Source: Endomicrobiales bacterium | GTDB lineage: Bacteria > Elusimicrobiota > Endomicrobiia > Endomicrobiales > CAWCFT01 | NCBI GenBank assembly: GCA_963794945.1 | Contig: CAWCFT010000007.1 | Coordinates: forward strand, 1-61,253 | Direction of reading: 5' to 3' | Length of the DNA: 61,253 nucleotides | Part shown: positions 28,482 to 38,174 of the stretch, piece by piece | Numbering within the stretch: the first letter of the stretch is position 1 | How the letters are laid out: the number at the start of each line of letters is the position of its first letter | Translations under genes and position numbers: made by a program | Notes under the pieces: model-generated | Databases searched by the model: none | What the model was told of the DNA's origin: nothing | The model's input: the letters and a program-made list of their open reading frames with translations, nothing else

Positions 28482-29103
28482 GTTTTATTGTATCTTAAGC
28501 GCTAAACACGGCTTGAGCCTGGAAGAGCAGGCAGAGCAGTGCTGTCTCGGCGGAGCGGATGCTATCCTTTTAACCGGGGAGATGCAGAACCCAAGGCAAA
28601 CGATTGAGACAGGGTTAAAGATAAGAGAGATAACCCGCAGGCACAAGGTCCTTTTTTTTGTTGAAGGCAGGCCTGACATAGCGGTTGGCATTGACGCCGA
28701 CGGTGTGCATCTGGGCCCAGATGACGTAAGTTTCGATCTTGCGAGGCAGATCATTGGACCCAGAAAGCTTATAGGTTCTACCGCATCTTCCCTGGGCCAG
28801 GCTGTATCAGCTTCGGAATTGGGTGCGAGTTACGTAATGATAGGGCCGCTTTTCTCTCATCAGAAAGACGCGCCCGGAGTGGACATAATCCGGCTTATCA
28901 AGAAAAGGGTAAAGGCGCCAGTTATTGCGTGCGGAGATATAAATTTTGATAATACGGCTGAGATAATGCGTTCGGGCGCGGACGGCATAGCGGTTTCCGA
29001 TGCCGTATTAAAGGCTCAGTCGGTTAGCGATGAGACGAAGCGGTTCAAGGCAAGAGTAATAGAGATATATGCGATGGAAAACCCTTCCGGAGCGAAAGAA
29101 TAA
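28468..29103 (+). CDS. Thiamine-phosphate synthase/TenI-family TIM barrel (divergent)
   Basis: ADGVHLGPDD, ARQIIG, GASYVMIGPLF, GADGIAV; several catalytic motifs altered. Confidence 0.75.
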   Translation: MLKIKFYCILSAKHGLSLEEQAEQCCLGGADAILLTGEMQNPRQTIETGLKIREITRRHKVLFFVEGRPDIAVGIDADGVHLGPDDVSFDLARQIIGPRKLIGSTASSLGQAVSASELGASYVMIGPLFSHQKDAPGVDIIRLIKKRVKAPVIACGDINFDNTAEIMRSGADGIAVSDAVLKAQSVSDETKRFKARVIEIYAMENPSGAKE

Positions 29104-30370
29104 TGACACTTATAGAATTTTGTGAGAACAAACAGGTTACAGACCATATAATAACTGTGGCGAACGATGAAGGTTTGAGCCCGGAATACCTTTCGGCCGA
29201 GATAGCTAAAGGAACAGTGGTTATACCGGCCAACAAGAACCGTAAGCTCAAAAGCCCGGTAGGCGTAGGACATGGTCTCCGAACGAAGGTCAACGCTAAT
29301 ATAGGCACTTCGCCGGACCATTTTTCGATCGAAGAAGAACGCGATAAGGTCAAGGCCTGCGTGCTGGCGGGTGCCGATGCCATAATGGACCTTTCAACAG
29401 GCGGTAACCTTACCGCGATACGCGCGATGGTGCTCAAAGAGTCTCCTGTCTGCGTGGGCACGGTCCCAATATACCAATGCGCCTGCGACACGGTGGCCTC
29501 GGGCAAACGTATAACCCAGATGGAAGCGGGCCGCCTGTTCGACGTTATCGAGCAGCAGGCTGAAGAAGGCGTGGATTTTATGACCGTCCACTGTGGGATA
29601 AACAGGGAGACAGTAAAAATACTCGACCGCCAGAACCGGCACGTTGGTGTTGTAAGCCGAGGCGGTTCGTTCCTGGTAAAGTGGATAAAGGCCAACGGCA
29701 AAGAGAACCCTCTTTTTGAAGATTACGATAGGCTTCTGGATATAGCAAAAAAGCACGACGTTACATTAAGCCTCGGCGATGGGTTTCGGCCGGGCTGCAT
29801 ACATGACGCGAACGACGCGGCCCAGAATAGCCGAGCTATCGGTGCTCGGAGACCTTGTGCTTCGTGCCCGCAAGGCCGGAGTTCAGGTGATAATAGAAGG
29901 GCCGGGCCACATGCCGCTTGACGAGATAGCCGGGCACGTTCAGCTTGCCAAGAGATTGGGGCACGGCGCGCCGCTCTATTTGCTTGGGCCGCTTGTAACT
30001 GATATCGCCGCGGGTTACGACCACATAACTTCAGCTATTGGCGGAGCGATAGCCGCTTCGGCAGGCGTTGATTTCCTTTGTTACGTTACCGCGGCTGAGC
30101 ACATACGCCTTCCCGACACGAAAGATGTATATGATGGTATAATGGCAAGCCGCATAGCGGCTGCACGCGGCCGATATAGTAAAGAATGTTCCCGGCGCTA
30201 GAGCCAGGGATTTCGAGATGTCAAAGTGGCGCAAGGCTCGCAACTGGGAAAAGCAGGAAGAGCTGTCGCTCGACCCTGACAAGTTCGCGGCCGAGAGGAA
30301 AAAGCTTCCGCCTCGTGAAGAAGATGTCTGCACGATGTGCGGCCAGTTCTGCGCGATGAAAGATGAATAG
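29103..30370 (+). CDS. thiC: Phosphomethylpyrimidine synthase (indels near 29825 and 30165)
   Basis: [35 protein letters not shown]-terminal CTMCGQFC, spread over three frame segments. Confidence 0.93.
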
Positions 30371-30468
30371 CTCTCGGCAGTCAGCCATCAGCTTTCGGCT
30401 GACTGTAACGACATGAATATTCTAACTTTTGCTTTTTGCTGATATCTGACGGCTGAAGGCTGATTACT
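30369..30468 (+). repeat. Inverted heptamer array, RGCnnTC type (thiC-thrH spacer)
   Basis: AGCTCTC GGCAGTC AGCCATC AGCTTTC GGC ... GCT GATATCT GACGGCT GAAGGCT GATTACT. Confidence 0.85.
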
Positions 30469-30480
30469 TTAAAGGAAAAT

Positions 30481-31098
30481 ATGCAAATCGCTTGTTTAGA
30501 CCTTGAAGGTGTTTTAGTCCCTGAAATATGGATAGCTGTTTCGGAAAAAACAAAGATCGCTTCCTTGCGGGCAACAACAAGGGATATTCCCGATTATGAT
30601 GTCCTTATGAGGCAGCGCTTAAGGATATTGAAAGAAGAAAATCTGAGCTTGAAAGATATACAAGCCGTAATAGGCGGGTTAAGTCCAATCAATGGGGCGC
30701 TTGATTTTCTCAATTGGCTAAGAGAGCGTTTTCAGGTAGCTATCTTGTCCGATACCTTTGATGAATTCGCTTTGCCTTTGATGCGGCAGCTTGGTTATCC
30801 GATGCTTTTGTGTCATCGTTTAGAGGTTGACGATAACGGAATGGTCACTGGCTATCACTTAAGGCAAAAAGACGCGAAACGCGAATCAGTTAAAGCTTTT
30901 AAGAACCTTAAGTATCAGGTAGTAGCTGTAGGAGACTCATATAACGATACGACAATGCTTTCGGAAGCGCATGCGGGTATACTTTTTAAACCCCCGCAGA
31001 ACGTGATCAACGATTTTCCGCAGTTCCCCGTTGTCAAAAATTATGTGGAGCTGCAGGAAGCACTGTTGAAAGTGCAAGAAATTATAAAACGTATTTAA
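30481..31098 (+). CDS. thrH: Phosphoserine phosphatase/homoserine phosphotransferase
   Basis: CLDLEGVLVPEIW, TTRDIPDYDVLM, ILSDTF, GDSYND. Confidence 0.93.
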   Translation: MQIACLDLEGVLVPEIWIAVSEKTKIASLRATTRDIPDYDVLMRQRLRILKEENLSLKDIQAVIGGLSPINGALDFLNWLRERFQVAILSDTFDEFALPLMRQLGYPMLLCHRLEVDDNGMVTGYHLRQKDAKRESVKAFKNLKYQVVAVGDSYNDTTMLSEAHAGILFKPPQNVINDFPQFPVVKNYVELQEALLKVQEIIKRI

Positions 31099-31162
31099 GA
31101 TTAGAAGATTGAAAATTAAAGATTTAAGGCCTTCAATTTTCAATTTGTAATCTTAAAATCTT
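31097..31162 (+). repeat. Inverted AAGATT-type array (thrH-lysC spacer)
   Basis: Units at 31097, 31105, 31112, 31119 (spacing 8,7,7), central AAGGCCTT, reverse units at 31135, 31142, 31149, 31157 (7,7,8). Confidence 0.8.
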
Positions 31163-31185
31163 TAATTAGCTTAGAGGGAAAAATT

Positions 31186-32427
31186 ATGTCGCTTGTGGTC
31201 ATGAAATTCGGGGGCTCTTCAGTAGCTGACGCTGAAAAGATTAAGCGTGTTGCCGGAAGAGTAATTGAAAAGAGGAAACAGGACAACAAAGTTGTTGTTG
31301 TAGTTTCAGCTCCAGGGGACATGACCGACGATCTTATAGCTTTAGCCGAGGGTGTTACCGACTGCCCGGATGAGCGCGAGATGGACATGCTGCTCGCCAC
31401 AGGCGAACAGGTTTCCATCGCGCTCCTTTCCATGGCGATAAAGTCGCTAGGTGAAGACGCTATTTCTTTAACAGGCCCTCAGGCGGGTATATTCGCGGAT
31501 ACAACTTACACAAAAGCAAGGATAACAAAAATAGTCCCGACTAAAGTCCACAGCGAGCTATCTAACGAACGCATAGTGATCGTAGCCGGTTTCCAGGGTA
31601 TAAACCCGAACTCGGATATAACGACTCTCGGCCGCGGCGGTTCGGACCTCACAGCCGTCGCGCTTGCGGCGGCGCTCAAGGCCGACGCCTGCGAGATATA
31701 CACCGATGTAGAGGGTGTCTATACTACAGACCCAAGGCTCATAAAAGACGCCCGCAAGATAGATTACATTTCTTATGATGAGATGCTAGAGATGGCGGGC
31801 TCGGGGGCCCAGGTCATGCAGGGCAGAAGCATAGAGGTAGGCAAAAAATTCGGAGTTGACATAATCGTGCGTTCGACATTCTCGGATAACCCGGGCACGC
31901 TCATTACAAGCGAAGACAAAATACAGGAATGGAGGAAGAAGATGGAAGACGTAGTTGTCACCAGCGTAACTTTCGATAAGAACCAGGCGAAACTGTCGGT
32001 CCTCGACGTTCCGGACCATCCCGGTATAGCCGCTAAGATATTCGGCGGCCTGGCAAAGGGCGGTATCAACGTGGATATGATCATCCAGTCCGCGGCGACC
32101 GAAAAATTCAACGATATCTCTTTTACGGTCAGTAGTTCGGACCTCAAAAAAGCGATGGTAATACTCGGAAAAGTAAAAAAGGTGCTCAAGGCCAAAGCCG
32201 TTATATACGATGATAAAATTGCCAAGGTGTCTATAGTAGGCGTCGGAATGCGCAGCCACGCTGGAGTGGCTGCGAAGATGTTCAACATCATGGCCAAGAA
32301 CAAGATAAACATAGAGATGATCTCTACCAGTGAAATAAAAGTTTCCTGCGTGGTGAAAGAATCGGACGTCTCGAAGGCAGTTGAATGCCTGCACAAGGGT
32401 TTTGGTTTGGGCAAGAAACAAGGGTAA
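31186..32427 (+). CDS. lysC: Aspartate kinase
   Basis: MKFGGSSV, TTLGRGGSD, YTDVEGV, two ACT domains, STSEIK. Confidence 0.96.
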   Translation: MSLVVMKFGGSSVADAEKIKRVAGRVIEKRKQDNKVVVVVSAPGDMTDDLIALAEGVTDCPDEREMDMLLATGEQVSIALLSMAIKSLGEDAISLTGPQAGIFADTTYTKARITKIVPTKVHSELSNERIVIVAGFQGINPNSDITTLGRGGSDLTAVALAAALKADACEIYTDVEGVYTTDPRLIKDARKIDYISYDEMLEMAGSGAQVMQGRSIEVGKKFGVDIIVRSTFSDNPGTLITSEDKIQEWRKKMEDVVVTSVTFDKNQAKLSVLDVPDHPGIAAKIFGGLAKGGINVDMIIQSAATEKFNDISFTVSSSDLKKAMVILGKVKKVLKAKAVIYDDKIAKVSIVGVGMRSHAGVAAKMFNIMAKNKINIEMISTSEIKVSCVVKESDVSKAVECLHKGFGLGKKQG

Positions 32428-32431
32428 TAAT

Positions 32432-33994
32432 ATGAACAAAATAGTTTTATTCGATACAACGCTTAGGGACGGCACGCAGGGCGCGGGCGTCTCTTTTTCC
32501 GTTGAAGATAAACTCAAGATAGCCAAGGCTCTCGACGGGTTCGGTATGCATTATATTGAGGCCGGGTGGCCGGGTTCGAACCCGAAAGACGAACTCTTCT
32601 TTAAGGAAGCTGCGAAAATTAAATTCAAGAACTCGAAGATAACCGCGTTCAGCTCGACCCGCTATAAAGGCAACAAAGCGCACAGCGACCCGAACCTTCT
32701 TGCGCTCGTACGCTCCAAGACAAAGGCAGTTTGCATATTCGGCAAATCCTGGGATCTTCACGTAAAGGAAGCGCTCAGGACCACCGAGCAGGAAAACCTG
32801 AACATGATCGAGGATAGCGTTGCGTTCCTCAAGTCCCGCGGCCTCGAAGTGATCTACGACGCCGAACATTTCTTTGACGGATTCAAATCTAACCGCGAGT
32901 ACGCTTTAAAAACCCTTTCAGCGGCGGCAAAGGGCGGAGCTTCATATATAACCCTCTGTGAAACTAACGGCGGTATGCTGCCGGCAGATATCTCGGAGAT
33001 AGTCAACGTTGTTGTGCGGGAGATGCCGGATGCAAAGATAGGAATACACACGCATAATGACTCAGGCTGCGCGGTCGCGAACTCCATTGTCGCGGTCACT
33101 GAGGGCTGTGTGATGGTACAGGGAACGATAAACGGCCTTGGTGAACGCTGCGGCAACGCGAACCTTTGCTCCATAATACCGGCTCTGCAGATAAAGATGG
33201 GCCTAGCCTTCGAAGGTTTCAAGAGTCTCAATGAATTGACTGAACTTTCACGCTATGTTGACGAGATCGCAAACATAATACCAGATGAGCGCCAGCCTTA
33301 CGTTGGGTCGAACGCTTTCGCGCATAAGGCGGGGATACATGTGTTCGGCGATTGCCAGGAAGCTCTTACATATGAACACATCGACCCCAAACTTGTCGGC
33401 AACGAACGCAAGATACTTATAAGCGAGCTTTCCGGAAAAAGCAACATGTCGCACAAAGCGAAAGAGCTTTCGCTGGATATCGACAAAGACCCGGACGGCG
33501 CCAAGAAAATCATAAACCTTGTCAAAAAGTATGAAGAAGCCGGCTTTCAGTTCGAGGACGCGGACGGTTCTTTCTTCCTCCTTACAAAGAAAGCTCTCGG
33601 GCAGTATAAACCCTTTTTTGACTTAAAGGGCCTGCGCGTAAGTGTTGAGAAAGACGAAAAGGGACAGCTTGTCTCGGAGGCCACAGTCAAACTAATGGTC
33701 AAGGGAAAAGAGGTCCATACCGTTGCCGAAGGCGACGGGCCGGTCAACGCTATAGACAGCTGCCTGCGCAAGGCGTTGGAGAAATCCTATCCCAAGATAA
33801 ACGAGATGTCTCTCACGGATTTCAAAGTGAGGGTGATAAACGGCGGAGCAAGCACCGCGGCCAAGGTCCGCGTGCTGATAGAAACGCGGGATTCTAAAGC
33901 GGTATGGGGCACCATAGGTGTCTCGGAAAATATCATTGATGCATCCTGGCAGGCTTTGGCGGATGCTGTTGAATACAAGTTGCTAAAGAAGTAA
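32432..33994 (+). CDS. cimA: Citramalate synthase
   Basis: DTTLRDGTQ, GWPGSNPKD, YDAEHFFDG, HTHND, GERCGN, EGDGPVNA. Confidence 0.9.
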   Translation: MNKIVLFDTTLRDGTQGAGVSFSVEDKLKIAKALDGFGMHYIEAGWPGSNPKDELFFKEAAKIKFKNSKITAFSSTRYKGNKAHSDPNLLALVRSKTKAVCIFGKSWDLHVKEALRTTEQENLNMIEDSVAFLKSRGLEVIYDAEHFFDGFKSNREYALKTLSAAAKGGASYITLCETNGGMLPADISEIVNVVVREMPDAKIGIHTHNDSGCAVANSIVAVTEGCVMVQGTINGLGERCGNANLCSIIPALQIKMGLAFEGFKSLNELTELSRYVDEIANIIPDERQPYVGSNAFAHKAGIHVFGDCQEALTYEHIDPKLVGNERKILISELSGKSNMSHKAKELSLDIDKDPDGAKKIINLVKKYEEAGFQFEDADGSFFLLTKKALGQYKPFFDLKGLRVSVEKDEKGQLVSEATVKLMVKGKEVHTVAEGDGPVNAIDSCLRKALEKSYPKINEMSLTDFKVRVINGGASTAAKVRVLIETRDSKAVWGTIGVSENIIDASWQALADAVEYKLLKK

Positions 33995-34072
33995 TTACAT
34001 ATTACCAAATTACACATTACAGATTACTTTTTTGATATTAATTTGTAATCTAGATATCTGAAATTTGTAATT
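33994..34072 (+). repeat. Inverted ATTAC-type heptamer array (cimA-ilvD spacer)
   Basis: ATTAC at 33994, 34001, 34009, 34016, 34023; GTAAT-like at 34038, 34045, 34053, 34060, 34067. Confidence 0.8.
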
Positions 34073-34088
34073 GTTCCGGGGGAACATT

Positions 34089-35738
34089 ATGCGCAGTAAC
34101 GAGATCAAGAAAGGTGCTGTCAGGGCCCCGAACCGCTGCCTGGTTTATGCGACTGGTATTTCCAGCAAGGATATGAACAAGCCTTTTATAGGTATTGCAT
34201 CGTCGTTTACCGACCTTGTGCCCGGGCACATAGGCATGCGTGACCTCGAACGTTTCTCCGAGCGCGGGATAGCCGCAGGCGGCGGTGTGCCGTTCATTTT
34301 TGGAGTACCCGCTATATGCGACGGCATTGCAATGGGGCACTCCGGCATGCATTTTTCGCTTCCTTCGAGAGAACTCATCGCCGACATGATAGAAACGGTC
34401 GTCAGGGCTCACAGCCTCGACGGGCTCATACTGATAACAAACTGCGATAAGATAACCCCGGGGATGCTTATGGGTGTTGCAAGGCTCAATATCCCCGCGA
34501 TCGTTGTCACAGCCGGCCCAATGATGACGGGCTTTTACAACCACAAGCGACGCTCGTTCGTACGCGATACTTTTGAGGCTGTAGGCCAGTTCCACGCAGG
34601 TAAAATTAATGAAGAAGAGCTTACTAACCTTGAAATGTCAGCCTGTCCCGGCGCCGGCTCCTGCCAGGGGCTCTACACGGCAAATACCATGGCCTGCCTT
34701 TCCGAAACGATGGGAATGTCTATGCCGGGCTGCGGCACGTCGCTCGCTGTTTCGGCTAAGAAGCGGCGTATCGCTTACGAATCCGGCATACGGGTCGTCG
34801 AACTTGTCAAACAGGGCATATCAGCAAGGCGCATACTGACACCCAACGCATTCAGGAACGCGATAGTCGCGGATATGGCGCTCGGAGGTTCTACAAACAC
34901 AGTGCTTCACCTGCCTGCTATTGCCAACGAGGCCGGCATAAAACTTCCTCTCGACCTCTTTGACGAAATATCGAGAATAGTTCCGCACATTACTTCTCTT
35001 GAACCGGCGGGCGACCACTATATGGAAGATCTTGAGAATGCCGGCGGTATACCTGCCGTGCTTTCAGCGATAAAGCAGAAGCTCGTGTCCAACCTTACCG
35101 TCAGCGGTAAGAACATATTGGAGATAGCAAAGGAATCTTCGATACTGGACAAAGACGTAATAAGGGCGCACAAGCCATACCACAAGGAAGGCGGTATAGC
35201 GATACTTAAAGGCAACCTGGCGCCTGACGGCGGAGTAGTTAAACAGGCGGCAGTGGCGGAGAAAATGAAAGTCTTCCAGGGCCCGGCGAGGGTGTTCGAT
35301 TCAGAAGAAACCGCGATGGCGGCTATACTAGGCAAGAAGATAAAAAAAGGCGAAGTCATAGTCATACGTTACGAGGGCCCCAAGGGCGGGCCGGGGATGA
35401 GGGAGATGCTGGGACCCACAAGCGCGCTTGAGGGTATGGGCATGCTGGATTCAGTAGCCCTGCTTACAGACGGTAGATTTTCTGGAGGCACGCGTGGGCC
35501 CTGTATCGGCCACGTTTCTCCAGAGGCCGCGGAAGGCGGCCCTCTGGCTGCTATTCGCGACGGCGACGTGATCATGATAGACATACCTAAGCGCCAGCTC
35601 AATGTACGCCTTACGGACACAGACATCAACGTGCGTCTAGCCAAGTGGACGCCGCCGCCTAGCAAGTTCAAGTTCGGTTATCTGAGCCGCTACGCGAAAC
35701 TCGTAAGCTCCGCCAGCACTGGAGCGATACTTAAATAA
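34089..35738 (+). CDS. ilvD: Dihydroxy-acid dehydratase
   Basis: [38 protein letters not shown]. Confidence 0.97.
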   Translation: MRSNEIKKGAVRAPNRCLVYATGISSKDMNKPFIGIASSFTDLVPGHIGMRDLERFSERGIAAGGGVPFIFGVPAICDGIAMGHSGMHFSLPSRELIADMIETVVRAHSLDGLILITNCDKITPGMLMGVARLNIPAIVVTAGPMMTGFYNHKRRSFVRDTFEAVGQFHAGKINEEELTNLEMSACPGAGSCQGLYTANTMACLSETMGMSMPGCGTSLAVSAKKRRIAYESGIRVVELVKQGISARRILTPNAFRNAIVADMALGGSTNTVLHLPAIANEAGIKLPLDLFDEISRIVPHITSLEPAGDHYMEDLENAGGIPAVLSAIKQKLVSNLTVSGKNILEIAKESSILDKDVIRAHKPYHKEGGIAILKGNLAPDGGVVKQAAVAEKMKVFQGPARVFDSEETAMAAILGKKIKKGEVIVIRYEGPKGGPGMREMLGPTSALEGMGMLDSVALLTDGRFSGGTRGPCIGHVSPEAAEGGPLAAIRDGDVIMIDIPKRQLNVRLTDTDINVRLAKWTPPPSKFKFGYLSRYAKLVSSASTGAILK

Positions 35739-35813
35739 CGGTTCTCAACTGGAAAAATCCCAAAGTACTAAATCCTAAATAGATAATTGGTTTTGGATTT
35801 GAAGGATGGAAAA

Positions 35814-37544
35814 ATGTTAAAAACAGGCGCGGAAATATTCGTTGAATCATTAATAAAGGAAAAAGTTGACGTTATATTCGGTTATCCCGGCGGACAGGTG
35901 ATACCTATATTCAACGCATTGTACGGCTCGCCGGTCAGGCTCATACTGCCTCGGCACGAACAGGGCGGAGCTCACATGGCAGACGGTTACTCGCGTTCGA
36001 CGGGAAAAGTTGGTGTTTGCCTGGCGACTTCTGGCCCGGGTGCGACTAACCTCGTCACGGGCCTTGCTACAGCTTACATGGACTCAATACCGATGGTCGC
36101 CTTCACGGGACAGGTTCCAACTACTTTAATCGGTAACGATGCGTTCCAGGAAGCGGATATCACCGGCATCACTCGCCCGGTCACCAAGCACAATTATCTT
36201 GTAAAAGACGTTAAGGAACTTGCCCAGGTCATAAAGGAGGCTTTCTATATTGCTTCCACTGGAAGGCCCGGCCCGGTCCTTATAGACATACCCGCGGACG
36301 TCCAGCGGGCACAGGCGGAATTTGTCTGGCCTGAGAAAGTGGATATACGCTCCTATAAACCAAATTACAAAGGCCACCCCGGGCAGATCAAGCGTGCGGC
36401 AGAAGCTATCAATCAAAGCTCGCAGCCGGTCCTTTACATAGGCGGCGGAGTTATCGCTTCAGATGCAGTAAAAGAAGTAAAAGAGCTTGCCGAAAAAGCC
36501 GGCATACCGGTCACAGGCACTCTGCTCGCTATCGGCGCTTTTCCACCGGACTCGCCGCTCTATTTGGGTATGCTGGGCATGCACGGGCTATACCAGGCCA
36601 ACCATGCGATGCAGAACGCTGACCTTATCATTGCGGTTGGATCACGGTTCGATGACAGGTGCACGGGCAAGCTTGCGGCGTTCGCTACAAAGGCCAAGAT
36701 CATACATATAGATATTGACCCTACCTCAATATCCAAGAGCGTCTGCGCGGACATTCCCGTTGTTGGCGACGCGAAGGCGATACTCGAGGAGCTCAACCCT
36801 CAGATTAAAAAGACGAACCATCCCAAGTGGCTTAAGATAATAGACGGCTGGAAAAAGAGTAACCCGCTGCTCTATAAGGATGATGGCAAGCTCAGGCCTC
36901 AATACGTTATCGAGGCTATATCAGAGATAACTAAAGGCGAGGCAATAGTAGTTACAGAGGTCGGCCAGCACCAGATGTGGTCGGCACAATATTATAAGGC
37001 CAAGAGCCCAAGGACCTTCATAAGTTCAGGCGGCCTCGGAACGATGGGTTTTGGCCTGCCGGCGGCCATAGGCGCGAAGGTCGCCAATCCTGGAAAGACT
37101 GTCATAGATATTTCCGGCGACGGCTCGTTCCAGATGAATATACAGGAGATGGCGACAGCGGTTGTCAACGATATTAATATCAAGATAGTCATACTCAATA
37201 ATGGTTACCTCGGCATGGTGCGCCAGTGGCAGGAGATGTTCTGGGAAAAAAGGTATTCTGGGACATGCTTGCTTCGCCACGCTGAGTGCCCGCCCAAGTG
37301 CAACAAGCCGGGAAGCAGGAACTGTTACGACTACTCACCGGATTTTATAAAGATAGCGGATGCGTACGGCGCGGCAGGTATCCGTGTAACCAACAAAAAA
37401 GACGTGAAGGCGGCTATAAAGAAAGCTCTGGCTATAAACGATAGACCGGTCATACTCGAGTTCATGGTGGAGCAGGAAGAGAATGTGCTCCCTATGGTGC
37501 CGGCCGGCGCAGCTCTTGATGAGATAATAACAAGCCTGGCGTAA
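35814..37544 (+). CDS. ilvB: Acetolactate synthase large subunit
   Basis: FGYPGG, RHEQG, TSGPGATN, GDGSFQMN...NNG, MVRQWQ. Confidence 0.96.
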   Translation: MLKTGAEIFVESLIKEKVDVIFGYPGGQVIPIFNALYGSPVRLILPRHEQGGAHMADGYSRSTGKVGVCLATSGPGATNLVTGLATAYMDSIPMVAFTGQVPTTLIGNDAFQEADITGITRPVTKHNYLVKDVKELAQVIKEAFYIASTGRPGPVLIDIPADVQRAQAEFVWPEKVDIRSYKPNYKGHPGQIKRAAEAINQSSQPVLYIGGGVIASDAVKEVKELAEKAGIPVTGTLLAIGAFPPDSPLYLGMLGMHGLYQANHAMQNADLIIAVGSRFDDRCTGKLAAFATKAKIIHIDIDPTSISKSVCADIPVVGDAKAILEELNPQIKKTNHPKWLKIIDGWKKSNPLLYKDDGKLRPQYVIEAISEITKGEAIVVTEVGQHQMWSAQYYKAKSPRTFISSGGLGTMGFGLPAAIGAKVANPGKTVIDISGDGSFQMNIQEMATAVVNDINIKIVILNNGYLGMVRQWQEMFWEKRYSGTCLLRHAECPPKCNKPGSRNCYDYSPDFIKIADAYGAAGIRVTNKKDVKAAIKKALAINDRPVILEFMVEQEENVLPMVPAGAALDEIITSLA

Positions 37545-37552
37545 AGATGAAT

Positions 37553-37633
37553 TCAAAAATCAAAATGCAAAATTTAAGGATTTATCTTATAAGTCTTTAA
37601 CATCAATTTTGATATTTGATTACTGATTTTTGA
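37553..37633 (+). repeat. Inverted TCAAAAT-type heptamer array (ilvB-ilvN spacer)
   Basis: TCAAAAA TCAAAAT GCAAAAT ... ATTTTGA TATTTGA TTACTGA TTTTTGA, strict 7-nt period. Confidence 0.78.
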
Positions 37634-37647
37634 TATATGGAGGTTTC

Positions 37648-38139
37648 ATGAGGCATACGATTTCGGCTCTGGTTGAGAATAAGTTCGGAGTGCTCGCGAG
37701 GATATCGACGCTTTTTGCGGCTAGAGGCTTCAACATAGATTCGCTCGCGGTAGGCGAGACCGATGACCCGGACGTTTCCAGCATGACTATAATCGTCCGC
37801 GGCGATGACAAGATCCTTGAACAGGTAGAGAAACAACTAAACAAGCTCGTGGATGTTATAAAGGTCTCTGATTTTAAAGAGACACAGCATGTCGAGCGCG
37901 ACCTGGCTCTCATAAAGGTTAAAGCCGACAAGACAAACCGCTCGGAGATAATGCAGATAGTCGACATATTCCGCGCGAAGATAGTAGACGTATCAAGCGA
38001 TTCAGTGATAGTTGAGATCACGGGAGATGAAGAAAAGATACAGGCGCTGCTTTTGATGCTGAGGCCTTTCGGCGTAAAAGAGATGTGCCGTACCGGCATA
38101 ATAGCTATGGGCCGCGGACACAAGGCCGGCAAGCTGTAA
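37648..38139 (+). CDS. ilvN: Acetolactate synthase small subunit
   Basis: VENKFGVL, RGFNIDSL, KQLNKLVDVIKV. Confidence 0.96.
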   Translation: MRHTISALVENKFGVLARISTLFAARGFNIDSLAVGETDDPDVSSMTIIVRGDDKILEQVEKQLNKLVDVIKVSDFKETQHVERDLALIKVKADKTNRSEIMQIVDIFRAKIVDVSSDSVIVEITGDEEKIQALLLMLRPFGVKEMCRTGIIAMGRGHKAGKL

Positions 38140-38174
38140 AAAAATAAAGGCAAAAAATAAAAACGGAGGAAGAA

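Noticed and set aside
28000..29103. TPP riboswitch before the thi genes
   Set aside because: Genes abut or overlap, leaving no leader, and no CTGAGA-type aptamer core was seen.
35755..35803. Seventh inverted repeat array (AAATCCY type) between ilvD and ilvB
   Set aside because: Suggestive but short, with irregular period (6-8 nt); not counted among the clear arrays.
24907..37633. CRISPR or integron attC interpretation of the intergenic repeats
   Set aside because: Units are 7-8 nt with no unique spacers; no cas genes, integron integrase or RYYYAAC/GTTRRRY ends seen.
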